Shown piece after piece: positions 20,968 through 29,775 of a stretch of 64,000 nt of DNA (positions are counted from its first letter, which is position 1; every line of letters starts with the position of its first letter). This DNA is from a virus (taxonomy: Duplodnaviria; Caudoviricetes): IMG/VR virus record IMGVR_UViG_3300020349_000003; one strand, written 5' to 3'. Below the pieces are notes generated by a model. The model was not told the DNA's origin and searched no databases. It saw only the letters and a program-made list of their open reading frames with translations. A program made the translations under genes and the position numbers.

Positions 20968-21234
20968 TTACTTATAGTGCAAATCTGTCGAGTAGTTAGT
21001 GTTACTATCATCTGGCAATTCCTCACCACTCTTTTTAACATACTCAGAGATAATCTCTCTTGCTTGTTTAAAGATAGGGTCGAAATTAAGACTACCTCGT
21101 AAATCATGAGCAACCTCATCTATCTGCTCTGATGTTAAACAATGGTCAGGATGTCTGACATCACATAGAGGGATAGTATGCTCTACTAACTCATTTAAAT
21201 TGATTGTAATCTCGTAGTCTCGATATACTGGCAT
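20968..21234 (-). CDS. Hypothetical early protein
   Basis: Likely start MPVYRDYEITINLNEL. Confidence 0.65.
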   Translation of the reverse strand: MPVYRDYEITINLNELVEHTIPLCDVRHPDHCLTSEQIDEVAHDLRGSLNFDPIFKQAREIISEYVKKSGEELPDDSNTNYSTDLHYK

Positions 21235-21359
21235 AGTGTGATTTGCGTAGAGTTGTTCTAAATCAGGAGTGATGATTACGTCCATTTGATGTTATTTAGA
21301 AGGTAAAAAAATCGGGGCGTGTAACCACAACCCTGACATATTGTTGATAGATCTATACA

Positions 21360-21488
21360 CTATTGGCATAAATCTTCAAACCTTGCATAAGCAATAGACT
21401 CGCATTGTTCTTCATCAAATTGAGGATATTCTTCTAATACTTCCTCATAGATTGTTTCTAATAGTGCTTCGTGATGTATAACTGACAT
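21360..21488 (-). CDS. Small acidic hypothetical protein
   Basis: MSVIHHEALLETIYEEV..., 42 aa. Confidence 0.6.
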   Translation of the reverse strand: MSVIHHEALLETIYEEVLEEYPQFDEEQCESIAYARFEDLCQ

Positions 21489-21493
21489 AATAA

Positions 21494-21721
21494 TTAAACT
21501 CCTACTAATGATACTGAATTTGCATAATCTTGTTTTAGATGTAAACAAGTCTTATGAATTTGGAAGAGTAAAGACATATCTACTCCCTCCCAATCTGTCC
21601 ACTCTGATACATAATCCCAAGCGTCAAAATCGCCTGTATTATCAACATTTAGTGGGCATGATTTGAATTCTAAATCTTCATCAATCCAGAAGATTCTTCC
21701 GAAAGCGTCACTACTATACAT
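21494..21721 (-). CDS. Hypothetical early protein
   Basis: Likely start MYSSDAFGRIFW with upstream GGAGG. Confidence 0.7.
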   Translation of the reverse strand: MYSSDAFGRIFWIDEDLEFKSCPLNVDNTGDFDAWDYVSEWTDWEGVDMSLLFQIHKTCLHLKQDYANSVSLVGV

Positions 21722-21974
21722 TGTAAGTAACCTCCGTTGATGATACAAACTGCCATGAGTTTGAGTGGTCTACGTTGTTATCAACGTAAGAGAATGTATG
21801 AATCTTGTCATACACTTCATTGACATACTGTTCAGTAGTCATAATTCTTTTGGACATAGTTTGTCCCATAAATGTTAAGATTCTAAGGACTCTATCGTAC
21901 TGTTTAACACCGTTGCGTGTCTTTACAGGATAGTAGTCACTAACCATAGAACCAGTTTTTGAAGAAAGTTGCAT
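21714..21974 (-). CDS. Hypothetical early protein
   Basis: Likely start MQLSSKTGSM with upstream GGAG. Confidence 0.7.
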   Translation of the reverse strand: MQLSSKTGSMVSDYYPVKTRNGVKQYDRVLRILTFMGQTMSKRIMTTEQYVNEVYDKIHTFSYVDNNVDHSNSWQFVSSTEVTYNV

Positions 21975-22006
21975 AATAAACTCCGTAATGTGTGTAATAA
22001 ATGTGA

Positions 22007-22318
22007 TTAAACTTGGGACATTGCCAAGTCTTTGAGATAATCTTCTGCACAATCTTGTGCGTCTTCGATGTTATCAAAAGAACCGAGATTAACTGATGTA
22101 CCTATAAGGCAACCTTTAGAGTCATCATAGTTCATAGACTCAACCTTGAAAAGGTCTCCACCGTAGTGATAGATTGAAAGATTAGGGTCTAGAGTATTCT
22201 CACGTCTGTAAGAATCAAATGAAGAGGTTCTTACACCCTGAGACCACTCGAAACCTAGATAGTCGTCACATAGATTGACGCACTGTTGAAAAAGAGTTTT
22301 AGAATTTGAATTTGACAT
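22007..22318 (-). CDS. Hypothetical early protein
   Basis: 103 aa ORF downstream of a palindrome promoter. Confidence 0.7.
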   Translation of the reverse strand: MSNSNSKTLFQQCVNLCDDYLGFEWSQGVRTSSFDSYRRENTLDPNLSIYHYGGDLFKVESMNYDDSKGCLIGTSVNLGSFDNIEDAQDCAEDYLKDLAMSQV

Positions 22319-22385
22319 AATTTTGAAATTGAATGTTTGTTACCTTGTTAATCAAGTGATTTTGCTCTTCCTTGATTATGTACTT

Positions 22386-22444
22386 AATATAGCACAGATT
22401 TGAGCAAAAATCAAGCGACCTTGTGCCACTTTGTCTGCTGTCAC
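22386..22444 (-). promoter_or_regulatory. Early promoter with palindrome
   Basis: TG-n-TATATT at 22386-91; GTGCCA-N10-TGTCAC at 22423-44. Confidence 0.75.
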
Positions 22445-22449
22445 TGGGT

Positions 22450-22659
22450 TTATCTGATGTAACCGTTTTCGGTTACCATGAAAGCATCTAGTCTAGCGAT
22501 GTCTAGGTCAGCATCATCGAAATCGATTTTAGCACACCCATAAACTCCCCACTCTGCTAACTCCTGACAGAACTCCATCCAGTTAGCACATACGCAAGCA
22601 ACATTCTGGAAGTTCTCAACTTCGAGAATTCTGTTGATGATGGTTTGAGTTTTTGACAT
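22450..22659 (-). CDS. Hypothetical early protein
   Basis: Likely start MSKTQTIINRIL, downstream of the promoter. Confidence 0.7.
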   Translation of the reverse strand: MSKTQTIINRILEVENFQNVACVCANWMEFCQELAEWGVYGCAKIDFDDADLDIARLDAFMVTENGYIR

Positions 22660-22686
22660 AATAGTTCTTTTCTTTGGTATATACCT

Positions 22687-22745
22687 ATTATACACACGCA
22701 ACTACCCCAAATGGGAAAAATATGTGCCAGTTTATCCACTGGCAC
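22687..22745 (-). promoter_or_regulatory. Early promoter with palindrome
   Basis: TATAAT 22687-92; GTGCCA-N10-TGGCAC 22724-45 (perfect half-site symmetry). Confidence 0.8.
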
Positions 22746-22761
22746 AAGATCTGTTGACTGT

Positions 22762-23007
22762 TTATTTAACTACACTTAGTGTTACAGATGGTGCTGTTAC
22801 GTTATCAACTAACTCATCAAATAGTTCAGGGTCGTAATCATCTATGTTCTCTTTTAACTCTGTTGATGTAAACTCTCCGTATGTAAATACGAGGTCATCA
22901 AGTACATATTGTGCAAGAGTCTTTACGTCCATGTTATCAACTAAGAGTTCAGCATACTGCTCAATTAGTTCTTTCTTTTGTGCTGGTGTGAATGATACTT
23001 TAGTCAT
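22762..23007 (-). CDS. Acidic hypothetical early protein
   Basis: Likely start MTKVSFTPAQKKELIEQY. Confidence 0.65.
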   Translation of the reverse strand: MTKVSFTPAQKKELIEQYAELLVDNMDVKTLAQYVLDDLVFTYGEFTSTELKENIDDYDPELFDELVDNVTAPSVTLSVVK

Positions 23008-23305
23008 GGAAACCTGTAATGAATGGTTCGGGGTTAATGTTACATAGGGCATCTATCTCTGCCTCGTGAATGTCAACTGCTGTCTCTAACTTCTCAAAGA
23101 TGTTATCAACATCCTCATTAAATGTCTCATCGTTAGTATCATCACTGTTAACAATGTACCCTTCTAAAACATATAGAATGGTGCTAATTTGGTCAACAGT
23201 TAGTGATACTGGCAACTCACAATCTTCAATACCACGTTGTAAGTTAGTCTTAGCATCTAACTCACTATCTGTTGAGTTAGGGTTTGCAGTTTGCTGGTAA
23301 TTCAT
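23000..23305 (-). CDS. Acidic hypothetical early protein
   Basis: 101 aa; GGAGG Shine-Dalgarno. Confidence 0.7.
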   Translation of the reverse strand: MNYQQTANPNSTDSELDAKTNLQRGIEDCELPVSLTVDQISTILYVLEGYIVNSDDTNDETFNEDVDNIFEKLETAVDIHEAEIDALCNINPEPFITGFHD

Positions 23306-23463
23306 GTTAACCTCCAGTCGTATTTGGTAATGGATTCTTTACACTCAGGACATGTTAATCCTGAGAAGTTGAAGTGATAAACTGTGCGTACTGATTCACA
23401 TTTAGGACACGCAATCTGTTTGCCATTCTTACCACTTCGAGTGTAACGATTAACATGTTTCAT
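23302..23463 (-). CDS. Zinc-ribbon small protein, 53 aa
   Basis: Read by eye: MKHVNRYTRSGKNGKQIACPKC...LTCPECKESITKYDWRLT; ATGA overlaps at both ends. Confidence 0.75.
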   Translation of the reverse strand: MKHVNRYTRSGKNGKQIACPKCESVRTVYHFNFSGLTCPECKESITKYDWRLT

Positions 23464-23669
23464 GTTAACCACTTTTCATCAGTTGTTTCTAACATTTTAC
23501 CCACCTTATATTCATATCCTTCACAATACTCAACCTCTTCATAATGTTTGCAATGTTCAAAATCAGATGCAATTCTCTTTGCTTCAGTCTTATTTTCTGC
23601 ACCAACTGTTACTGAATAGTAAACAACTTTCTTTGCTGAAAATGTGTAACTGTTTAATAGTTCACTCAT
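23460..23669 (-). CDS. Hypothetical early protein
   Basis: Likely start MSELLNSYTF with GGAGG. Confidence 0.65.
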   Translation of the reverse strand: MSELLNSYTFSAKKVVYYSVTVGAENKTEAKRIASDFEHCKHYEEVEYCEGYEYKVGKMLETTDEKWLT

Positions 23670-23829
23670 TAGAATTGTCCTCCATAGAATCAGGTAAGTG
23701 TGCAATCGTTAATACTTTATCAAACAAATTTGTTTGATTTGTTGTAAACTCAAAGTCCATATCTCTGAGTGTATCGTATAACTTAACGAACTCATATAGT
23801 TCGTCATTAGTAACTCGAATCATTCTCAT
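23662..23829 (-). CDS. Small hypothetical protein, 55 aa
   Basis: Read by eye: MRMIRVTNDELYEFVKLYD... Confidence 0.6.
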   Translation of the reverse strand: MRMIRVTNDELYEFVKLYDTLRDMDFEFTTNQTNLFDKVLTIAHLPDSMEDNSNE

Positions 23830-24065
23830 TATGCCTCCCAATAAAGTGAATTAAACTCTGCAATGTTTAGGTGTTCATCATCATGTACACGACCTAATTG
23901 CTCATCATCACCATCACAATCAAAGATGAATTCTTCACAAAAGTATTCAACTGAGCAACCTAATCTCTCTGCTGCTCTTAAGAATTCTCCGATATGTTCA
24001 TCGGATAAATCTAACTCATCAATGCAAAATGCAATGTCACGTTCTAATTGAGATTTGCTCATCAT
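23829..24065 (-). CDS. Acidic hypothetical early protein
   Basis: 78 aa; GGAGG; coupled to neighbours. Confidence 0.7.
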   Translation of the reverse strand: MMSKSQLERDIAFCIDELDLSDEHIGEFLRAAERLGCSVEYFCEEFIFDCDGDDEQLGRVHDDEHLNIAEFNSLYWEA

Positions 24066-24301
24066 GCACCTCCAAAGGAAAATTGTGGACTTTGTAGTAA
24101 AATATCTCTTACATGTTCTCTATCTAAACTATCACCATCACCCCATGAATATTCGGGCATTGATGGATAACAACACATCTGCAAGTATAACCAACTTGCC
24201 TCTAATATGTCTTGCTTTGTTAAACCTTTGATAGGATAAAGGTCGGATTGTGGGTTATAAAATGACCACACATAATCAATGAATTCTTGTAAATTGTTCA
24301 T
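24062..24301 (-). CDS. Hypothetical early protein
   Basis: 79 aa, WGDGDSLDREHVRD; GGAGG. Confidence 0.75.
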   Translation of the reverse strand: MNNLQEFIDYVWSFYNPQSDLYPIKGLTKQDILEASWLYLQMCCYPSMPEYSWGDGDSLDREHVRDILLQSPQFSFGGA

Positions 24302-24445
24302 TACTTTTTACCTCCCTTAGTTGTAGATTTGGTTGATAGATTTGATAAGAAGTAATAACGAATTGTTGGAGTTGGATTTAACAACTGTTCATACACTTCT
24401 TTTGAAAGACTTGTTTTCATTAGTTGAATTCGTTTGAACATTCTT

Positions 24446-24503
24446 ATTATAAGGGATATTCAAGGGTAATGGGGTGAATAGTGGACAGTTTGAGATCTGT
24501 CAC
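24446..24503 (-). promoter_or_regulatory. Early promoter with palindrome
   Basis: TATAAT 24446-51; TGGACA-N10-TGTCAC 24482-503. Confidence 0.75.
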
Positions 24504-24697
24504 ACATTAATTGATATCATTACATCAGGTGCTAATGTAAGATATACTAAAGGTGGAAATGTTGGTTCAATATCAATAACCTCTAGTGAATTAGCAGGGA
24601 AATATCTACCATTAGAGTCATCATAAAAGGTGACTTCAGTGTTACTTTGTTCATCAGTTAACTTGCTTAAATGTTCTGCTAATTCTTTATATGTCAT
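24500..24697 (-). CDS. Hypothetical early protein
   Basis: 65 aa ORF. Confidence 0.65.
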   Translation of the reverse strand: MTYKELAEHLSKLTDEQSNTEVTFYDDSNGRYFPANSLEVIDIEPTFPPLVYLTLAPDVMISINV

Positions 24698-24840
24698 AGT
24701 TAGTATAATTTAACCTCTGCTCTTATATTTAAATGTTTAAAGTTTTCAATACAATCTAATGCTAATTGATATGTTTTAAATGATAAATGTCTGCACATAG
24801 ATTCATTTTGGAACCAGTATCTAACAGTTGTGTTCATAAT

Positions 24841-24864
24841 AAAAAGGGGGGATATTATCCCCCA
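24841..24864 (-). terminator. Rho-independent terminator
   Basis: GGGGGAT/ATCCCCC stem plus U-tract. Confidence 0.7.
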
Positions 24865-25046
24865 TAAGTGTACATTTAGAATTAAGAGTTTGCTATGAAG
24901 TCCTCAATGATTTGAACAACTTCTGCACTTGTTTGTGCATCTTCAAGTAGATTGAATAGAGCAACTTCAGGATTAAATGCCATGATTGTAGTAAAGAAAG
25001 GAACATCAAATAGCAGTTTAGAGTCATACTTAGGACTAAGGATTGA

Positions 25047-25376
25047 TTATCTTATGTAAAGATAACCACCCGCCCAATCTGCTCTTGAATAACACTCTTG
25101 ACGTTGAGAAATGATTCTTAAATCATATCTAACGTGCTTCGCTGGTGCTCTCCAAGATGCAGGTTTGTAAACTTCTCCAGTTTGCTTATCAATGAAGGCA
25201 TGAACTCCTCCATCAACTTGATTAATCTTTATGTACTTACGACCAACCGATGTCTCGAACTTTACAGGACTTGTAGAATCAGGGTAACGACTTGTGTAGT
25301 TTGCTTCAAGAGCATCTACCAAATCCATTGCCCACATTTCAACTCGTGCGGTTTGTGATAAGTTTGAGACTGTCAT
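25047..25376 (-). CDS. Conserved phage hypothetical protein
   Basis: GRKYIKI...VHAFIDKQTGEVYKPASWRAPAK motif; start moved downstream of the promoter. Confidence 0.8.
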   Translation of the reverse strand: MTVSNLSQTARVEMWAMDLVDALEANYTSRYPDSTSPVKFETSVGRKYIKINQVDGGVHAFIDKQTGEVYKPASWRAPAKHVRYDLRIISQRQECYSRADWAGGYLYIR

Positions 25377-25403
25377 AGAGGTGTCTTTGTTTGGTACTCT
25401 GTT

Positions 25404-25460
25404 ATTATAAGTCATTTTAGAGGCAGTGGGGAGAATAGTGTGCAGTTTGAGATCTGGCAC
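25404..25460 (-). promoter_or_regulatory. Early promoter with palindrome
   Basis: TATAAT 25404-09; TGTGCA-N10-TGGCAC 25439-60; spacer identical to the 24482 copy. Confidence 0.75.
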
Positions 25461-25461
25461 A

Positions 25462-26709
25462 CTAGACGTATGCTCTTGGTGGAATACCCTCTATAAAGAT
25501 ATATGAAACAATAGATTTCAATCTATCTGCTATTCTCTTACCATACTTACCAGTCATAGGTACAACTATTTGACCATGACTTTTATGGTATAAGTTATAC
25601 TGACCAGCAGGTATCTTACCCTCCTTCATTGATACTCTATCCTTCTCATGTATCCTAATAACTCTACCTATTGTCTGTGCCATTTCAATGGTAGGTAGAT
25701 TTCTAAGCATGATTGAATGAGTCAATCCAGGAACATTTATACCCTCTGATAGTATAGAATAATGGAAGATTACGAACTTCTTAGTATCATCTTTGCCCCA
25801 ATCTGTAAGGACTTGGAAGAACTTTTCTCTACCAACTTTCTTACCATTGATAACAGCACCATGCTTAGATGTGATGTGCATGATGTTATAATCATGCTCT
25901 AATAACCATGACTGAATATCAGTTTGTGAGAGCATATTCCACATGATTCTTGTTGTTGGAGCACTCACAAGTACCTTTGGATTGTTATCAGTTATGCTAG
26001 TAAGTATGTCCTTTAAGTTATCACTATCAACCTCATGTGCGTTCTGTTTAGTACGCTCTCTATCGGTCTCAAATGGTATAACTTTAGGGTACAAGATAGT
26101 GCCACTATCTATTAACTCCTTAGCAGCAGTTTCTTCTAACTTCTCACCATATATCTCCGCATTATTCATACCACGTTCCGCACTAATACTATTCTTAGAA
26201 CGTGAAATGCGTGGAGTAGCAGTAAAGAAGAAGCGTGGTATTTGAAACTTAGCAACTCTCTTTACTTGCTGAAAGAATACTTTGCTAGTGCCATTGTGTG
26301 CCTCATCAAAGTATATTCTATCGATATTTACACTACTATCTAATACTCTGTGGAGTGAATGATAGGTAGTAAATATCAACTTATCACTAGCATTATTACA
26401 TGCCCAGTGTGTTAATTCTTCGTGTTTTGTGGTGCTAAAATGATGTGTTTCACCACTATGTACATGTGCTATTTGTACATTTGGAATAACAGATTCAAAC
26501 TCATTAGATAATTGATTAGCAAGCAATATGCGTGGTGCTACTATAACAATTGTCTGTGATTTGCGTGTAGTTTGTGATAATATTCTATCGCAATCTGCTA
26601 TCATAATGAATGTTTTACCACCACCAGTAGGTATAATAATCTGACCACAATCTGCTGCGGTCATGTTATCATAAGCACGTCTTTGGTGTGGTCTCAATGT
26701 GTCTTTCAA
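25462..26709 (-). CDS. SF2 DEAH-box helicase (type III Res-subunit-like)
   Basis: LRPHQ, PTGGGKT, FDEAH, FTATP, LSEGINVP, QTIGRVIR. Confidence 0.9.
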   Translation of the reverse strand: MKDTLRPHQRRAYDNMTAADCGQIIIPTGGGKTFIMIADCDRILSQTTRKSQTIVIVAPRILLANQLSNEFESVIPNVQIAHVHSGETHHFSTTKHEELTHWACNNASDKLIFTTYHSLHRVLDSSVNIDRIYFDEAHNGTSKVFFQQVKRVAKFQIPRFFFTATPRISRSKNSISAERGMNNAEIYGEKLEETAAKELIDSGTILYPKVIPFETDRERTKQNAHEVDSDNLKDILTSITDNNPKVLVSAPTTRIMWNMLSQTDIQSWLLEHDYNIMHITSKHGAVINGKKVGREKFFQVLTDWGKDDTKKFVIFHYSILSEGINVPGLTHSIMLRNLPTIEMAQTIGRVIRIHEKDRVSMKEGKIPAGQYNLYHKSHGQIVVPMTGKYGKRIADRLKSIVSYIFIEGIPPRAYV

Positions 26710-26733
26710 AGATTCATTTTAAAGGACATTATC

Positions 26734-26792
26734 ATTATAAACAAAAAAACCACCCTTGTGGGGTGGTTGTGTGCAGGTTTGTTGACTGTCAC
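26734..26792 (-). promoter_or_regulatory. Early promoter with palindrome and embedded terminator hairpin
   Basis: TATAAT 26734-39; GTGCAG-N10-TGTCAC 26771-92; AACCACCC/GGGTGGTT hairpin 26748-68 plus U-tract. Confidence 0.75.
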
Positions 26793-26793
26793 A

Positions 26794-27078
26794 CTAAGCG
26801 GTTACTCCTGTCTCTTTTAGAATTAGTTTAACAAATCCCTCAAGATATACTAGAGGAAGTATTACTAACTCAAGACCATTTAACTCGGTTAGGTTTCTTC
26901 TTTTCACATCAACTTTCACTTCTTGTTTAACAGTTTCAGTCACAATAGGGTCTCCATTGAGTTTAGTTTCGACTGTTGTATTTAGTGGAGTTGGTGTTAC
27001 TTTCTTTGCAGTTGCCTTGCGTGTTCTTCTCTTACGTGGTGTTGTAGTTGAAGACTTACGAGGTGTTGCAGTTGGCAT
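26794..27078 (-). CDS. Basic K/R/T-rich hypothetical protein
   Basis: PRKSSTTTPRKRRTRKATAKK N-terminus, hydrophobic C-terminus. Confidence 0.7.
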   Translation of the reverse strand: MPTATPRKSSTTTPRKRRTRKATAKKVTPTPLNTTVETKLNGDPIVTETVKQEVKVDVKRRNLTELNGLELVILPLVYLEGFVKLILKETGVTA

Positions 27079-27127
27079 AGATTAAGAAATCAAATGAATA
27101 ATGTGTTGAGGATGTCTCAACAATACT

Positions 27128-27185
27128 ATTATACATCATTCAGCAGTGTTGTCAGTGGGTTGTGTGCCTCTTTGTCAGTTGGCAC
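27128..27185 (-). promoter_or_regulatory. Early promoter with palindrome, inside the methylase 3' end
   Basis: TATAAT 27128-33; GTGCCT-N10-TGGCAC 27164-85. Confidence 0.7.
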
Positions 27186-28091
27186 ATGGTATTCTCTCAC
27201 TCTCTCCTCTATTAAATGACCATAATCCTCATGCAATTCACACCCTAAGTAATACCTACCTAATGATTTTGCCACTGCTGCTGTTGTACCACTACCCATA
27301 AATGGGTCGAGTACAATATCATTTAGTGCTGAACCTGCTTTGATACATGGTTCAATTAATTCAGGTGGGAAAGTAGCAAAATGAGCACCCTTATATGGTT
27401 TCTTAGTTATACTCCATACACTACGTTTGTTCTTTGTTGGATATGATTTAGTGAGACCAGTATGAGGTGATAAACCTGTACCTTCATTGTGATATTTGCC
27501 TTTAGATCTATCACGAGTTCCCCAATCTTTAGCAGGTTCTTTAATAGAATCATTATCATAATAGTAGTTCTTATTCTTACTTAAGAGGAAGATATACTCA
27601 TGTGCTTTTGTACATCTATCTCTTACACTTTCGGGCATTGGGTTAGGTTTATGCCATATAATATCTTGCCTTAAGTACCATCCATCTGCCCTCAATGCAA
27701 ATGCCAACATCCAAGGAATACCAATTAAATCTTTCTCTTTATATCCTTTTAGTTTGTTAGATCTACGAGGTGTAGTTACAGGTAAATCTTGTCTATTATT
27801 AGAGAATGTTTGTTTAGGGATACATCCATCTTTCCTATAATTATAATAACTATCACCAATATTCAACCACAATGTACCATCATCAGTCAATACATTTCTA
27901 ACTTCTCTGAACACATTAACCATCTCGTTAACATATTCTTCTGGTGATTGTTCTTGTCCTATTTGATTGTCTTCTCCTCCATAATCTCTTAGTCCGTAAT
28001 ATGGTGGTGATGTTACACACATCCTCGCACTATTTGGTAAGAACGCTGATAACGTCTTACGACAATCTCCAAATAAAATTGTGTCTTTCAT
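27129..28091 (-). CDS. DNA N4-C/N6-A methyltransferase, beta class
   Basis: TSPPYY (motif IV) precedes HFATFP...VLDPFMGSGTT (motif I); start MKDTILFGD. Confidence 0.93.
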   Translation of the reverse strand: MKDTILFGDCRKTLSAFLPNSARMCVTSPPYYGLRDYGGEDNQIGQEQSPEEYVNEMVNVFREVRNVLTDDGTLWLNIGDSYYNYRKDGCIPKQTFSNNRQDLPVTTPRRSNKLKGYKEKDLIGIPWMLAFALRADGWYLRQDIIWHKPNPMPESVRDRCTKAHEYIFLLSKNKNYYYDNDSIKEPAKDWGTRDRSKGKYHNEGTGLSPHTGLTKSYPTKNKRSVWSITKKPYKGAHFATFPPELIEPCIKAGSALNDIVLDPFMGSGTTAAVAKSLGRYYLGCELHEDYGHLIEERVREYHVPTDKEAHNPLTTLLNDV

Positions 28092-28097
28092 GTGCCT

Positions 28098-28135
28098 ATT
28101 ATACATTAAAAAAGAGGGTTTTGCAACCCTCTTTT
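28098..28135 (-). promoter_or_regulatory. Promoter TTGCAA-N17-TATAAT overlapped by a terminator hairpin
   Basis: -10 28098-103, -35 28121-26; AAAAGAGGGTT/AACCCTCTTTT inverted repeat 28110-35. Confidence 0.7.
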
Positions 28136-28155
28136 ACGCAATTTGTCATTTAGTC

Positions 28156-28317
28156 CTATACCATAAGTATTTCCTTACATACCCTCCTACAACTAGATTG
28201 ACTGTCCTCACAATCTATTAAACATTCAAAATAGTCATCTAATAATTCTTCTTCTTGTGTAGGAACTACACTATGGTTCCACGATGCCATTTGATTGTGG
28301 GATATTGACCTGGACAT
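28156..28317 (-). CDS. Small four-Cys protein, 53 aa
   Basis: Read by eye: MSRSISHNQMASW...DDYFECLIDCEDSQSSCRRVCKEILMV; GGAGGT Shine-Dalgarno. Confidence 0.8.
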   Translation of the reverse strand: MSRSISHNQMASWNHSVVPTQEEELLDDYFECLIDCEDSQSSCRRVCKEILMV

Positions 28318-28394
28318 AAATTAACCTCCATCTAACATTGTTTTCATAATAAATAACGGTTTTGGTTACATCTTGTGCCTTAATTCTACGTTAC

Positions 28395-28402
28395 TATTTA
28401 TA
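28395..28402 (-). promoter_or_regulatory. T4 late promoter TATAAATA
   Basis: Perfect consensus, intergenic. Confidence 0.65.
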
Positions 28403-28430
28403 CTTGTGTTATGATATTCACACGTATTAG

Positions 28431-29069
28431 TTAATACAATTTAACCCAATTTCTATCTTCAAAGTAATCATCTGCGTCATAAGTTCTATGATTTGCTAAT
28501 GGGAAACTTACAGATAATCTAACTGTATTAGATGTTGCTTTATGAGGATAATTCTTTGGTATCCATATTGTATCTCCTGGTTTCATATTAACATCTATAA
28601 TTGGTTCATCTTTAATATCCATTAAGTATCTTTGTTGTCTAGTATCTGTTACTTCATCCCACACTTTCCAATTAGTTTCACCTTCACATTGAACTATAAC
28701 ATTATCATTATAGTCAAAATGTGTACCAAAATGATGTTTAATAGATGTATTCATACAGATATAAATGTGTGCATCTGCCTGTAATCTATACTCCTTCTCT
28801 ATCATTTTAGCGAACTCATTTATCTTCTTAGTAGATCTCGACATGTCTGCAATAAAGACAATATAGTTATCTAACACCTCCCTAATTAATGAAGGTGGTA
28901 AACAACTATAGTCTTTAGTCCATTCAGTATTTTGCCATTTAAGACCAGGTTCGTCACCCAATATATTAACTCTACTGGCAGACATTAATGGTCTTATGTT
29001 AATTAAATACTCTAATTCTTTCCAACTAAAAAGACTATCCCAATACGATTGTTCATAATGTGGTTTCAT
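28431..29069 (-). CDS. JmjC/cupin 2OG-Fe(II) oxygenase
   Basis: HFD...VIVQCEGETNWKVW...MKPGDTIWIPKNYPH (HxD...H triad). Confidence 0.85.
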   Translation of the reverse strand: MKPHYEQSYWDSLFSWKELEYLINIRPLMSASRVNILGDEPGLKWQNTEWTKDYSCLPPSLIREVLDNYIVFIADMSRSTKKINEFAKMIEKEYRLQADAHIYICMNTSIKHHFGTHFDYNDNVIVQCEGETNWKVWDEVTDTRQQRYLMDIKDEPIIDVNMKPGDTIWIPKNYPHKATSNTVRLSVSFPLANHRTYDADDYFEDRNWVKLY

Positions 29070-29475
29070 CTTTCTTCTTATCTTTTGAAGGATAGACTGA
29101 TTTAACTATACCATAACTAACACTACCACCAAGAGTAAGTATTAATATTGGTAACCAATATTCAGCAATTAATATTACTCCTACACCAATAGGAAGTAAT
29201 GCTAAGATACCTAATCCATTACCTTGAGTATTATTAAATGCCCATTCAAATGCAGTTGGTCCAGTGTATCTGGTTCTTTCTGCATGACGTTCAAATTGAT
29301 TGAAGTCATTAGATTGTTGATTCATTGGACCTTTATACAATACTCGAAGTACCTCTTGACCGTACATATTCTCAGCAACAGATTGTGCTTCTGATTCATA
29401 CATACAATCCTCAATGATAACGGTACGATTGTGACCGTTATCCCTTGCTAGTAATACTTCCCATTTGTTAGTCAT
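29053..29475 (-). CDS. Putative membrane protein
   Basis: Two hydrophobic C-terminal segments. Confidence 0.65.
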   Translation of the reverse strand: MTNKWEVLLARDNGHNRTVIIEDCMYESEAQSVAENMYGQEVLRVLYKGPMNQQSNDFNQFERHAERTRYTGPTAFEWAFNNTQGNGLGILALLPIGVGVILIAEYWLPILILTLGGSVSYGIVKSVYPSKDKKKDETTL

Positions 29476-29609
29476 AGGTTTGATAATACATCATAAAGAG
29501 CATCCGATTCAGTTCCTATTACTGAAGAAACCCAATCATCTTCTTGCTCTTGACAATTGTCATAATTCTCATCATATTGAACTGATGGAATGAATAGTTT
29601 CTTAGTCAT
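29472..29609 (-). CDS. Small acidic hypothetical protein
   Basis: Likely start MTKKLFIPS. Confidence 0.55.
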   Translation of the reverse strand: MTKKLFIPSVQYDENYDNCQEQEDDWVSSVIGTESDALYDVLSNL

Positions 29610-29775
29610 AACCAAAACCTCGGTTGCTAATTTGTCTTGTTTTTTCCCTCTCATTCAATAGTTTTTGAAGAGAGGTCTTTAGTTTGATGAGTTCTTCATC
29701 ATTGTAAAGATGTGACTGCTTAAGTGCCTTTCGGATGTACTTAATTTGCAGTTTGTCGGAGAAGAATTTCCTCAT
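29602..29775 (-). CDS. Small basic hypothetical protein, 57 aa
   Basis: Read by eye: MRKFFSDKLQIKYIRKALKQSHLYNDEEL...RGFGYD. Confidence 0.65.
   Translation of the reverse strand: MRKFFSDKLQIKYIRKALKQSHLYNDEELIKLKTSLQKLLNEREKTRQISNRGFGYD

Noticed and set aside
25012-25040. Small AGTC-N8-GACT hairpin upstream of a 33-codon ORF
   Set aside because: Single short copy; not distinguishable from chance without comparative data.
25462-28091. Helicase plus beta-methylase as a type III restriction-modification system
   Set aside because: The helicase is only 415 aa with no evident nuclease domain; the genes are separated by another ORF and have independent promoters.
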